A stretch of 63,513 nucleotides of DNA, counting the filler, from Perkinsus chesapeaki ATCC PRA-425 (lineage: Eukaryota > Protista > Perkinsozoa): the NCBI GenBank assembly GCA_013115145.1. It is 7 parts of 7 records of this genome, joined end to end, with 100 filler letters (N's around TTAATTAATTAA, not from the genome) between each part and the next. Parts side by side here need not be neighbours in the genome. Positions count along the whole stretch, not along the records: positions 1 to 10,329 come from JAAPAO010000890.1; positions 10,430 to 23,902 come from JAAPAO010000783.1; 5 more parts are not named here. One strand, given 5' to 3'. The translations under genes and the position numbers were made by a program. Under the pieces are notes generated by a model that saw nothing but the letters and a program-made list of their open reading frames with translations, did no database searches and was not told the DNA's origin. Below, piece by piece: positions 1-14,830 of this stretch (the stretch's first letter is position 1; the number at the start of each line of letters is the position of its first letter).

Positions 1-165
1 TCCTCCTCCGTATCACTAGTAACATATTTCCTATCAAACTCCTTTCTATTATATCTCCTCCTCCGTATCACTAATAACATATTTCCTATCAAACTCCTTC
101 CTATTATATCTCCTCCTCCGTATCACTAGTAACATACTTCCTATCAAACTCTTTTCTATTATATC
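1..165. repeat. 55-bp tandem repeat, 3 copies (may continue upstream of the window)
   Basis: Unit tcctcctccgtatcactagtaacatatttcctatcaaactcctttctattatatc at 1-55, 56-110 and 111-165, with 2 substitutions per copy relative to the first. Unit length is not a multiple of 3. Confidence 0.95.
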
Positions 166-295
166 CCCGCATTATCTTCTTTCCCCTGCGAGGATACAGG
201 ACTCTGGACGGGCCACTGCTTATGTTATGACTTAGTACTAAGGTCTCCAAGAGGCTAATATCTATCTGGTGTGACAATAGTGCTGTTGATGGCAG

Positions 296-4471
<4,176 letters not shown>

Positions 4472-6241
4472 AGCGGTGAATTAATATCATTCGATTATTA
4501 CTATTTTTGCACGTTAAATGTTATCATGTTACAAACGAAAATTAGCCAAGTCCAGTGAGGTAGAGTCCGAGGGTGTTGATGACGATAATATGTAGTCCTT
4601 AGAGGAGTAGACTCATTTCGAAGAATGCTGCAAGTATTGCATTTGTCAATTAATAACCGACAAGACGCCATAGAACTTGTATGATAGAAGATAAGCCAGA
4701 CAGTTCACGTCAAACCTGTACGATCGACAATGGTTTTCATCAGCAGTACATCAGGGGACACTCTCGGGTAGCTCGCAACGCTGAAGATGGGTGCCCTAAT
4801 GAGCTCGGGCTGACATCTTGTCATTATTAAGGAAATCCGGAATCTGGAACACGCTTTTCAAACGGTACAATTGTTAGTGCATTCAGGGAGTCATTGAGTA
4901 CCATGATGGTACTATCATCTAATGCTCTCATAGTGAATACATTTGATGTCTCCTTTGGACCTAACAACATATCTTCTATCAGACCTCTCGACTGTGATTC
5001 CGCATTAGTTACACTCTCCAATACACCGGAAATTCATATCTATCAGGCTACATGTCCTCTGATTGTGCTGCCATTGATCTACATCGATTGCAGACGATTG
5101 TAGACGTCGAAGTTAAGATACAGTACACGCCATCAAACCTAACCCGCGCTTCTTGACAATCGAAGTACAACGAGTCTTCACTTCACTTTCACGTCACTCA
5201 CAGTATACCTTAGGAATTTCCCTTTTGATGTCATCCAAGTTGCCGAGCCCAAACTCTCTTGTTATGTGTATTTTCGACCCTCTGCCGACAACATAGGATT
5301 TGTTGTCGTCAGCTACAGCCCCTATAGGACGCCAGTCATGTGTTGTCAATCTCCACGGCCTTCCACGTCTTTGTTTTTTTGTCGAAAGTTTCGTATTAGC
5401 GTATGCTAGCGATGATAGTACTATCATTGCCACACATTGATATAGCACTATCTATCAATCACCACCGGATTTGACACTTTCATACCTGGGCAGTTGAGGA
5501 GTATGGGCAAGCAGGAGATTATCTCAGTTGCTTCTCGTCCGGGTAACAAGCGCGCAAGGTTCACCTTACCAAGCCGTTGAACACGCTAAGCTGCAGGCGA
5601 CTGAGAGTTATTAACCTCCATCATATGGTCGCAGGCAGCCTGATTTTCAAGCATCCTAGACTCTTGGATGCTCTAGGACCTAGAGCATTGGGGACCCAGC
5701 GTTGTTTTTGGCGACAAGTGGTTCTCCTCGCACAGGTAGATATGAAGGATGCGCTTACTGAAAAAAGTGCCAATATGCTGCAGTTGGCAGTGGCAACTGC
5801 CGCCACACCCGGGAGAATCTTGGTCTGAAACCGGAGTTGAGGTCACACCTGGCTTGAAGAGCCAGGTTGTCGGTATACTCAGCAAGCTACTGCTGAAACT
5901 GTGGGTTTTTGCTAATCATTTGTGAGCAGAATACTAGTGATTGAATGTATTGCTCAACCAGAAAGAGCTCTTCTAACAAAAGGAGAATCCTAGAGTATTT
6001 GGCTGAGGATATATTAACGAGACAACGCTTGGTGGCGCCGTAATCGTGCTACATACAGTTCAGGAGTGAAGGTGCCACTGGCACTAGGATGTGGCACACG
6101 CGTATGGCGTCGCGCAACTAAGGGAATCGCAACTAAGGTGTCAACACAAGCCTAATCAACTTGATAATGTCGAGTAGAAATGGGGTTCTAACCACCGCTT
6201 TGCTACGACGGAACTCACTACGGCCCTATTACTTCTGACGA

Positions 6242-6263
6242 CGAAGAAGTTCTTCGGAAGAAC
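6242..6263. repeat. hAT-type excision footprint, perfect 22-mer (8-mer cgaagaac)
   Basis: cgaagaa+gttcttcg+gaagaac. The paralogous site at 7981-7988 carries a single 8-mer. Confidence 0.85.
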
Positions 6264-6379
6264 CAAGTGAGCAAAAGCACGTGTGTGCTCCAAATGAGCA
6301 GGCCGACACGTGCGCTCCGACAGCGAACAAACACACGAGATGTGTGTTCGTCAGGTGTGTTTTCAGGACTACACAGGGT

Positions 6380-6859
6380 TTAGACAAGAAATATAACCTT
6401 GAACTTGGGGCGATTGTAAAAATTTACGTAGAACGTGCAGCTAGTACCGGACCAGAAGTCGAAGTAGTAAGAGTTCATACCAGTATACTCATACAGCTTA
6501 GATTTGCAACTGTCTCCAAGTGCACAATCGCTATCCAAGGAAGCATAGACTAGACTCTTGCATACGATGTGTTCACAGGAAAATGAACCCTTCTTCGTGA
6601 AGAAGCTCACGTTCATCGAATACGGGTTTGTTATTTCTGGGACTGTCAGACGCATAATATTCCCAGAAAAGACTCCTTCATACACGCCAGCTTTTATGGG
6701 GCAGGGCTTATCACACCCCATAAAGCAAGCTGCTCCAGACCATACAGCAAACCACATTGTAAGTTTTATAAAGCTCACTGTAGAGTATAGTCCATGACTA
6801 CACTTGACCTTCTTGACACCAGCACAGCCGTGAAGTTCAGAAGTAGGAGAGGGAGGCAT
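6380..6859 (-). CDS. Small Cys-containing, probably secreted, lineage-specific protein (paralog 1)
   Basis: Intronless 159-aa ORF with a hydrophobic KLTMWFAVWSGAACF segment, a KAGVYEG motif and Cys positions shared with 8096-8584. The start could be the later Met at 6757. Confidence 0.75.
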   Translation of the reverse strand: MPPSPTSELHGCAGVKKVKCSHGLYSTVSFIKLTMWFAVWSGAACFMGCDKPCPIKAGVYEGVFSGNIMRLTVPEITNPYSMNVSFFTKKGSFSCEHIVCKSLVYASLDSDCALGDSCKSKLYEYTGMNSYYFDFWSGTSCTFYVNFYNRPKFKVIFLV

Positions 6860-7762
6860 AAACGAAGGCTATGCAAACCTAGCAAGTCATCCTACAGAAG
6901 TCCTGTCGATAGAGCCAATCTATAAATAAAGCGAGCCACACAGTGAGCAATGATTCATAAATAACAGACACGAACCCGTGTACACCCTTCACCCATCGCC
7001 TATATATTCTCTGCGATTCCGGAGCATCCTGCGGCATCACGTGGTATAAAATACACTACCCTCTTCTTGCCTCCACGTTGAGTTTATCCCATTAATATCA
7101 CACTTTTCTCCCTTCGAGTCAAAGGCTTTGCACAGGCCGGACACAAAATAATGAATAGCCGACTATTTCATATTCCAGAAAATGGAGTTTGCCAAACGCA
7201 CGTGCGCACGTCACGGTCACACTGGTACCTACATTGTAGTTCCTACAACCCCGGCAGTTTATTTGCCATCAAGCGGCTTTCACTCCTACTTCAAAATTCG
7301 GAATACTACTCTACCCGAGACTGGGTCTCAGAGTAGCAGGAGTAAGGGGACTTTGTTCAACAAAGTTCCCTTAACCCTTCGAGTCTGACCTTAACGTGAA
7401 TTTCGTTCACCCGTCGCAATAGAAGTTACTATTGTCGAAATAGGGGCTGAAAAGGTGTACTTGTCGAACCAAAGCACCGACCAGACACAAAAAGACACCA
7501 ATACTGAAACGGGCAGAGGTCAACGCCGACTACTGCAACCCGCGGAGTGGCAATGATGACATACGTGTATGTGTCCGTAATACGGCAGCCGTATGGAATT
7601 CGAAAGAAGGTAAACGTGCTTGGTATCAGGTGAGCGGAGCTACCAGCTCCACCCTTGTAGGGTCGACGATACGCATGCTGGACAGTAACCTGGAGGACAT
7701 CGTCGCTATACTCAGAGAAAAAACTGCCAAAGCGTTGGGTGTTCGGGAATCAGTTCCTAGTA

Positions 7763-7784
7763 GGCTACCTGGTAGCCGCTACCA
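7763..7784. repeat. hAT-type excision footprint, perfect 22-mer (8-mer ggctacca)
   Basis: ggctacc+tggtagcc+gctacca. Confidence 0.85.
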
Positions 7785-8095
7785 GTTCTCGATTGCATCC
7801 CTAGAGGGTTCCCGAACCGGAGCCAGGTGTCGGTGCTTCTTCGCCCCGGACAGAACACATGTTCTATACGGAATAACCTCTAAGGTCTCAACAAAAGACT
7901 AATCAAGTAGAAATGGGGCTCTAACCACCAATTTGCTTAGCTATGGGGGGGCCTCACTACGGCCCATTTACTTCTGACGACGAACAACAAAGTGAGCAAA
8001 AAGCACGTGTGTGCTCCAAATGAGCAAGGACACGCGTGCGCTCTGACAACACACAGTGCGAGTGTGATCTGAGACTACATACAGCTCGTCTAGAA

Positions 8096-8584
8096 CTACG
8101 CAGAGCTTGGCCCAACATATAAAATCTGAAACCGTGGCCCATTCTCGAAAACTATCCTGTACACGCATTGAACGACCTCGAACGCGAAGGAGTCAGAGTT
8201 TATACCAGTGTACTCGTGCAGCTTAGATTTGCAAATGTTATCAAGATCACAATCACTCTCCATATGGGCGTATAAAGTCTCGCATACAATGTTTTGACAG
8301 GAAAATGAGCCTTTTTTGGTTTCGAAGGTCGCGTTCATCAAGAACGTATTTATTGGTTCTGCCACAGTCATACGCATAAAATTCCCAGAAAACCCGCCTA
8401 CATACACGCCAGCTTTTAAAGGACATGACGGAGGGCACCCCATAAAGCAAGCTGCTCCAGACCACACAGCAAACCACATTGCAAGCTTCATAAAGCTCAC
8501 TGTAGAGTATAGTCCCTGACTACACTTGACATTTTTGACACCAGCACAGCCGTGAAGTCCAGAAGAACTAGGTGAGGGAGGCAT
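8096..8584 (-). CDS. Small Cys-containing, probably secreted protein (paralog 2)
   Basis: Intronless 162-aa ORF. MKLAMWFAVWSGAACF is signal-like. Clearly homologous to 6380-6859 (KAGVY, KKGSFSC, DC..CKSKL.EYTG). Confidence 0.75.
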   Translation of the reverse strand: MPPSPSSSGLHGCAGVKNVKCSQGLYSTVSFMKLAMWFAVWSGAACFMGCPPSCPLKAGVYVGGFSGNFMRMTVAEPINTFLMNATFETKKGSFSCQNIVCETLYAHMESDCDLDNICKSKLHEYTGINSDSFAFEVVQCVYRIVFENGPRFQILYVGPSSA

Positions 8585-10329
8585 AAATGAAGGTTGTACA
8601 AACCTAGCAAGTCATCCTACAGAATTCCTGTCGATAGAGCCATTCTATACCGAACTAGGGCCACACAGTGAGCACTGACTTGTGAGCGGCGGAAAAAATG
8701 GTTTGTGACAAACCCGTATGTAATTTTAACCTCTCGCGTACTCCTTGCCTCCACGTCTAAATAAGATGGTCTGATATATCTCGTTTATATCACACTTCTC
8801 CCTCTTTGAGCCTATACTTGTAACCAGAACGACTGGCCGACTGCTCTGTTTTCCAGCAAACGCACGTGCGCACGTCACGGTCACAACGGCACCTAGTAGG
8901 TGGCACCTAGACCTTTGGTAGCCAATGATTGCGGCTAATACCTGATTGGCGGCCAATCAGGTATTTCCCGCAAGCGGGACTCAGACTGCGAGGGCTTGGT
9001 AGACTGTATTGCACTGTTTTATTCCTTCTTTTACTGCCCTTGAACTATTTAATGCACTGTTACGAGGGAAGTAAACGCGAAGTAAGATTCATCTTTTCTC
9101 GGGGAGAATCTCTCGCCGAAATAAGGAAATCATTTGCACGAATAGGGACAGCAATTTCGCGGTAGAGATCGGGTAAGGCAATCGATTCCGCGGATAAGGA
9201 TATCCATTTCGGGTTGTACTTTCAACTACACAAAAGATCTTCGTAGTGCTAGAAATTGCACAATTTCCTCGGTAAATTGCCAAGTTCCTATGTTGTAAAT
9301 TGGGCCTCTCCAGCTTCATTTGTTCACCCCGAGTCGGCTCCTGATAATCTCCGGCCATGAGCCGTCTGTGCAACCCGATGACTTCAGCTAAACTGCCGCA
9401 GTTACAGCCACGAGAGTTTCCTCAAGTAGCTCGATTTTTGATCTAACTCATCAGTGAAGACTCGTCACTGACAAGTCATCACCCACAGTTGACCACTTTA
9501 TCACGTATTTCCAACAAAGCCTTTCCTCGTTGTTCACAGCTTTCATGAACGCATTGCACACGTGCGACTCATTCTGTCAACACAATCCAAAATTTATTGG
9601 TTGGAAGTTTCCGCGAGTGATCATATCGTTCGTTCACTTGTTGAACCTGAACTTCACCTGGTGAAATTCATCCCTCGGAGAATAACTATTAGTGTCGGCT
9701 GTAACGATTACAGTGTAATCAAAGACGATTATGATCATGCGGCTCCCATCCGCGGGCACGAAAAAATAGGCGTCCTGCATTCGAACCATAAAGCAGTATA
9801 CTCTCCTGGTCTAGCGATTGTCCGTAAATTCGCAATGTGATTACAACTTCTCTATATGTGACACTGAGCTGTTAACTCAAAAATGCAGTTGTAGAGAAGT
9901 TCTTAAAGTACTGGCAAGATCAATGAGTATCAAGACACGTAATCTGTTAATGTTAATCGCCAAGCCATTCGGAAGTGTTCACATGAACACTTCCACTTTG
10001 TGCTAGCTTACTAAAGGAAGCCAACCTCAAATATTCAGCTCACTGAACTTATATACCTTCAAGCTAGTTGCAACACCCTTCACAAAATGGTGTACATTTT
10101 ATAAATACGCCCAGGCACGGGAACGCGAGTATAGCGTTCGCATAACCGCCATGAGCGCAGGCCTTACAGAACTTGCAGTTGCTTTCCGTATTGAGAAGAC
10201 GAATCGAGTGATCATCCTCATTATGAGAATATGTTAGAAGCTCTCTCATGCCGAAGTGTACTGGAATAGATAACCATGATGACTCAATAACGTAACACCT
10301 CCGGATCTATAACGAAATAGTTGATGCTA

Positions 10330-10429
10330 NNNNNNNNNNNNNNNNNNNNNNNNNNNNNNNNNNNNNNNNNNNNTTAATTAATTAANNNNNNNNNNNNNNN
10401 NNNNNNNNNNNNNNNNNNNNNNNNNNNNN
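10330..10429. other. Artificial contig linker (N-TTAATTAATTAA-N, 100 nt)
   Basis: Ns flanking a six-frame stop linker; the same linker occurs at five other positions. Confidence 0.98.
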
Positions 10430-10800
10430 TACGAATCGCAACTGTACGACCCAAAACTGTATGAGTTGCAACTGTACGGATAAGAGCCATACTGATTACC
10501 ATCCTACCAGCTTGCACTGTACGATATGATCCTCACTCCGGCTTGTTGTACTGTATATTGAGAGCATGTTTTATAAAGGATTTTAAGATGAATCGAGAAA
10601 GCCTATGTCGCGAGCTAGCGGGTTATACCGTTGATGGTCCAAACGGGATTTTAAGTATCGACCACACTAGACGAGTATGTAAACGCATAGATGCCACGCA
10701 CAACGGTGGTTACATCGTGGCCCTCTTGAACGGAATGGGGTTGGTTATGAATCTCCAGAGATTCACAGTTATTTGTAGGGTGCTAACGGGAATTCCCCCA

Positions 10801-10840
10801 AACCGGTAACCGGGTTACCGGTTCGGGTTACCGTAACCCG
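10801..10840. repeat. Extended hAT-type excision footprint (8-mer ggtaaccc)
   Basis: aaccggtaacc-g-ggttaccggtt followed by cgggttac-c-gtaacccg. Both centre bases are the complements of the terminal 8-mer bases. Confidence 0.8.
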
Positions 10841-11199
10841 AGCACGTTGCGCTTCGGGTGACATTCAACGAGAAACCCGAAGGTTGCGGTTTGTAAGGAA
10901 CTCTTAGTGAGTTCGACAAGCGACACTTGATTAAACTGTCGCGGGAGTCCCCTCAACTTTACCTTGGGAAACTGAATTTAGGCAGCAGTCGCTATCGGTG
11001 AATATGGAACAGTTCGTGCCTGGACACGCAACTTGATTCACTAAAATCTGCGGCTGCCTACCAGCTGCTAGAGATATCAAGTAGCTCCACCCCTTCGAAA
11101 GGGCTTCAATGGGATACAGTCATTTCTGGTATAACTACTACCGAAGCGAACCGAGCACGCGGAGACAATATACCTTATCTAAAACAAGTTATCTCATAT

Positions 11200-14100
11200 C
11201 GTCCTCCGTGATTCCTTGCGACACTTGCAGTTGGATAGCCTCGTCCGACTCATTTACAATGCCTTCGTCAGTACAGGTGAAATCTTCGCCACGTGACAGT
11301 CTGAAACTGATTCACCGAGGAACCTTGCCAGATTCTAGTAAGTTGGAGTACCGACGGTGGCCGTGGTTTAGTTTTCGTGGGTCCAGGCCCCTCCAAGTCC
11401 GATACCCCTACATGCTTGACAGTTGCACTGGTTCCTCATACCCACCTTACAGAGGGCAACTGCTCTGGCATCGTTGCGCTGATTAGCGGCCATACCGGCG
11501 GTGGGATTATCATATGGACCATCAGACCATCTGTTGTGTCTTCTCCCTCCCTGGTGTCTATCGAGAGAGTTCTCCGCTCTTGTCCTGCGCACAAAGGCCC
11601 TGTTACCGCGGTTCTGCTCGGGAGCGACATATTCCATACTGCGGTGGAGCCGGGGTTCTGGGTAACAATCTTTACGGCTTCAATCGACGGTACCATCAAA
11701 CAGTGGCATTTCGACTTGATGAAGACTGGGATACCAGACACAGCCGTGGTGAGGACCATTTACTGCAGCTCATGCTCCATAACATGTATAGCACGGTTCC
11801 CTTCCTTGAGGAATAAGTACCTTGTCTCGGGTAGCAGCGATGGATCTGTCGCATTGTGGACCGCTGAGAGGGAGGTGGCCGAGAGCAAAGTGAGCTCTGT
11901 ATTGCTCTATCCTCCATATGAACATGCTGGCTGTGTCATGAAGGGCTCTCGAGAAGGGACATCCTGGGTGACAGGGGTCGCTGTGTTGGATGGTGAGATA
12001 CCCGCTATTATTTCTGGAGACAGCAGTGGCTGGATCAAGACCTTCCAGCTGAATTCTGACATGAAGGGAGCAGAAATTTGGAAGAAAACTAGAGTCTGTG
12101 AAGCTTCGATACGGAAGCTACTCCTTGTCTCCTCAACGGACTGCTCATCAGTCGGTGCTGAGGACCTCATACTTGTGCTATGTGGCTCCTACCGAGTCAC
12201 CGGGCTGGACCTAACTACACTAGAGAGGCTATTCACGTTTGATATTCCTTATCATCATGATATATCCAGTGCCCGAACACCCCCACCTTCCACGCCACAC
12301 AATGCGGTATCCTGCGTAATGGCTTGGTCTGGTCCAAAGAGTCGTCTTGTGCTGGGTGCCTCTTTGGATGGTTTAAGTGTTTATGATACATCGAAGAGCT
12401 GTGGGATAGATTGCGGTTTCGAGGACGGCTCGTCGCTAGGTAACGGTGCTAATTTTGGGGGAGTGATAGAGCATGACAGGCCCACTGGCCGAAGCTGTCT
12501 TCTCTCCCTGCGGCTGTTCCCTATTCACCATACATGCTTTGAAGAGAGAGATCTCAGTGTATTCCGTAGTGGCAACCCAAAGGTCAGCGGCAGGCTGGGA
12601 GATTATGCCGGGCACGCGGTGTTGTCAGATATGCCCGGCTTGGCGAAGGGTCTATCTCAAAGCCCGATTTCAGCGATAATCCTGCTAGTGTTATCTACCT
12701 ATCAACTATCGACCTCACCCTCTCCTTAAAGGAGGTAGGCAATGCGAGCGACTATAGCCAATCACATGTGATGGCAACTCAGACATCATGCTTGGTGGTC
12801 GGGAATTCTCACGGGGATGTGAGGCTTTGGGACATGGAGGAGCCCTTCGATGGAGGCAGGAATGCAAAAGGGAGCTCAGCAATCGGCCAATTGGTCTTCA
12901 TTCTAGATGCCGCTGTACATTTAAATTGTCGAGGAGGTCAGCACTTGGTCGAGGTGACTGCTATGATGTATGTGCCATGCTGCCAATGTGTGGCTTGTGG
13001 TGGGTACATTGGGAATGCATGCCTAGGCATGGCTTGCTCCTCAGGCATGGAGGATGGTACTGTCTTCCTGATGCCCGTTAAACCATTGGTAAACAGCCAA
13101 TGCCAGTATCTTAAACGAGGGGTCAAAGCTCACCGCAACACTGTGACATCGTTTTGCGTGATAAGGTGACATTGCGCGGCTTCAGGAAGCCACTCTGCCA
13201 TGTAGCTAAACATCTTATGAATTGTTGACGATTTTTAGAGGGTCACCTCAATCCTATATTCCCTTCCTATTAGCCACCAATGGGTGCATGTTTCAGAGAA
13301 GAGGTCCTCGTGTGTGGATCCTATGATGGAACGGTGTCATTCTGGAGGATATCTCCACCTACCCCAGCAGCAGCAGTGGGCAGCGCATAGGCTGCCTGTT
13401 AATAAATACTTGCTTTTATCTAGATGATTGTCAAGTATGAGGGCTCTATAGATATGCCTGTTGTGTATGGACAAGTGGAGTTAGTGGACGATTTTAAGAA
13501 AGAGCATCTAGAGGAGGTTCGACGGGCAAAAGGTCTATGCTGATTTGGAACGCACTGCCATTGCACTGTGCAACTTCTAATACGACATTAGCCACGGTCC
13601 TATCGTACACTAGCCCTGCCGATTTTTCTTCACTAATCAACTTACCAAGCTGAACTGGTTAGGTTCTATCATTGGCAGCCACCTCGGATGCTGATGATGA
13701 CGATCAGCTGTTGTTCGTTGGAGGCAGCTCGGGGTCTATCATGCAGTACCGCTACAGCGGTTGTGTCGAAGATGCTGCAGCTGTCCCCAAGAGGATTGAG
13801 TAGGCGAATTATCGCTGTATGGCACAGCTTTATTCTGCCAGATACTGCATAGATGAATCCATAGTAACCTTGCAGTCTTGTGTCGATGACGCTGGTGTTC
13901 TATATGCCGTCACATCCAGCATGAAGGTATTAATTCTCCTGCGAGAGGTAGACCTGTATAAGGGGGAATCCTTTATTGTGCGGTGTAGGTGGGTGAGTGG
14001 AGTAAATCGCATACGGTGAACATGCTTGTAGGGATTGACAATACCATTGGTACCAGCCCCTATACTCATTGTCTAGCATCCTGTCGGTTACAGATCGTCC

Positions 14101-14266
14101 GATAGCCACAGTGGCAACTGTGTTGGTTGGGGCGAGGGAGGGGTCTGATGTGCTAGTGGCAACTGGAGATGATGCGGGAATGGTGAGAACGTTGGGGATG
14201 ATAACCAAACTAGAATTGATGGAGTATTGCAGTTTCGGCTACTCCAAACTCCTTCTGTATTCCTAA
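11200..14266 (+). CDS. Multi-exon WD40-repeat protein (boundaries approximate)
   Basis: WD repeats AHKGPVTAV, IFTASIDGTIKQWH, LVSGSSDGSVALW, IISGDSSGWIKTF, LVVGNSHGDVRLWD, AHRNTVT, LVCGSYDGTVSFW and VLVATGDDAG. Includes the large exon 11377-12729. Confidence 0.85.
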
Positions 14267-14830
14267 CTAACAACAGGTTTGACGATCGTATCCGTTTAAA
14301 ATGTGATAACCGTTGGTAATGGGAATGCCGCTACAGGATGGGGCGGAAACTCACTAAACTGCGGAGTGGAAATCGTTGGAAGTGGGACACTGGTTATGTT
14401 AGGTTAACTTTCTACGTCTACGCCAGATGAAAGATGCCTCCTCCCCTACTCAGACTGGTCCAGTAGCTATAAGGAAAACCTTCACGGTGCGCACAGGATA
14501 TCGCTAAACTAAGATACTCATTGGTCAGGTTGAGTCTGCTATTTCGAGCCTGGCATTCTCATCCGACCAGACAGTTATATATGTTGGGACCGCTGAAGGG
14601 GAGGTTATACTCCTACCATTCTCCACATGACAGTCGTGTTTCTTCCGATATGAGAGTAGTGTTACTACAGTTGGGGGGCTTATAGTGTCTTGAGGACGTT
14701 CGGCATCGTGGGGGACAGTTTTTGTGTCGACGCTGGTTGCCTGCCCTAGGCCAAGAAAGCATCGCAATAATTGCTAGGTTTTACGATTTGCTATTCTGTG
14801 ATTATCAGTGTCTGAAAGTTTTTATATAAA

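Larger units (their letters stand above)
6166..8890. repeat. Tandem segmental duplication (about 1.7-kb period) carrying two small secreted-protein genes and their flanks
   Basis: 6166-7230 aligns with about 7902-8890. Shared blocks include agtagaaatgggg, gtgagcaaaagcacgtgtgtgctccaaatgagca, the two ORFs and aaacgcacgtgcgcacgtcacggtcac. Confidence 0.9.
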
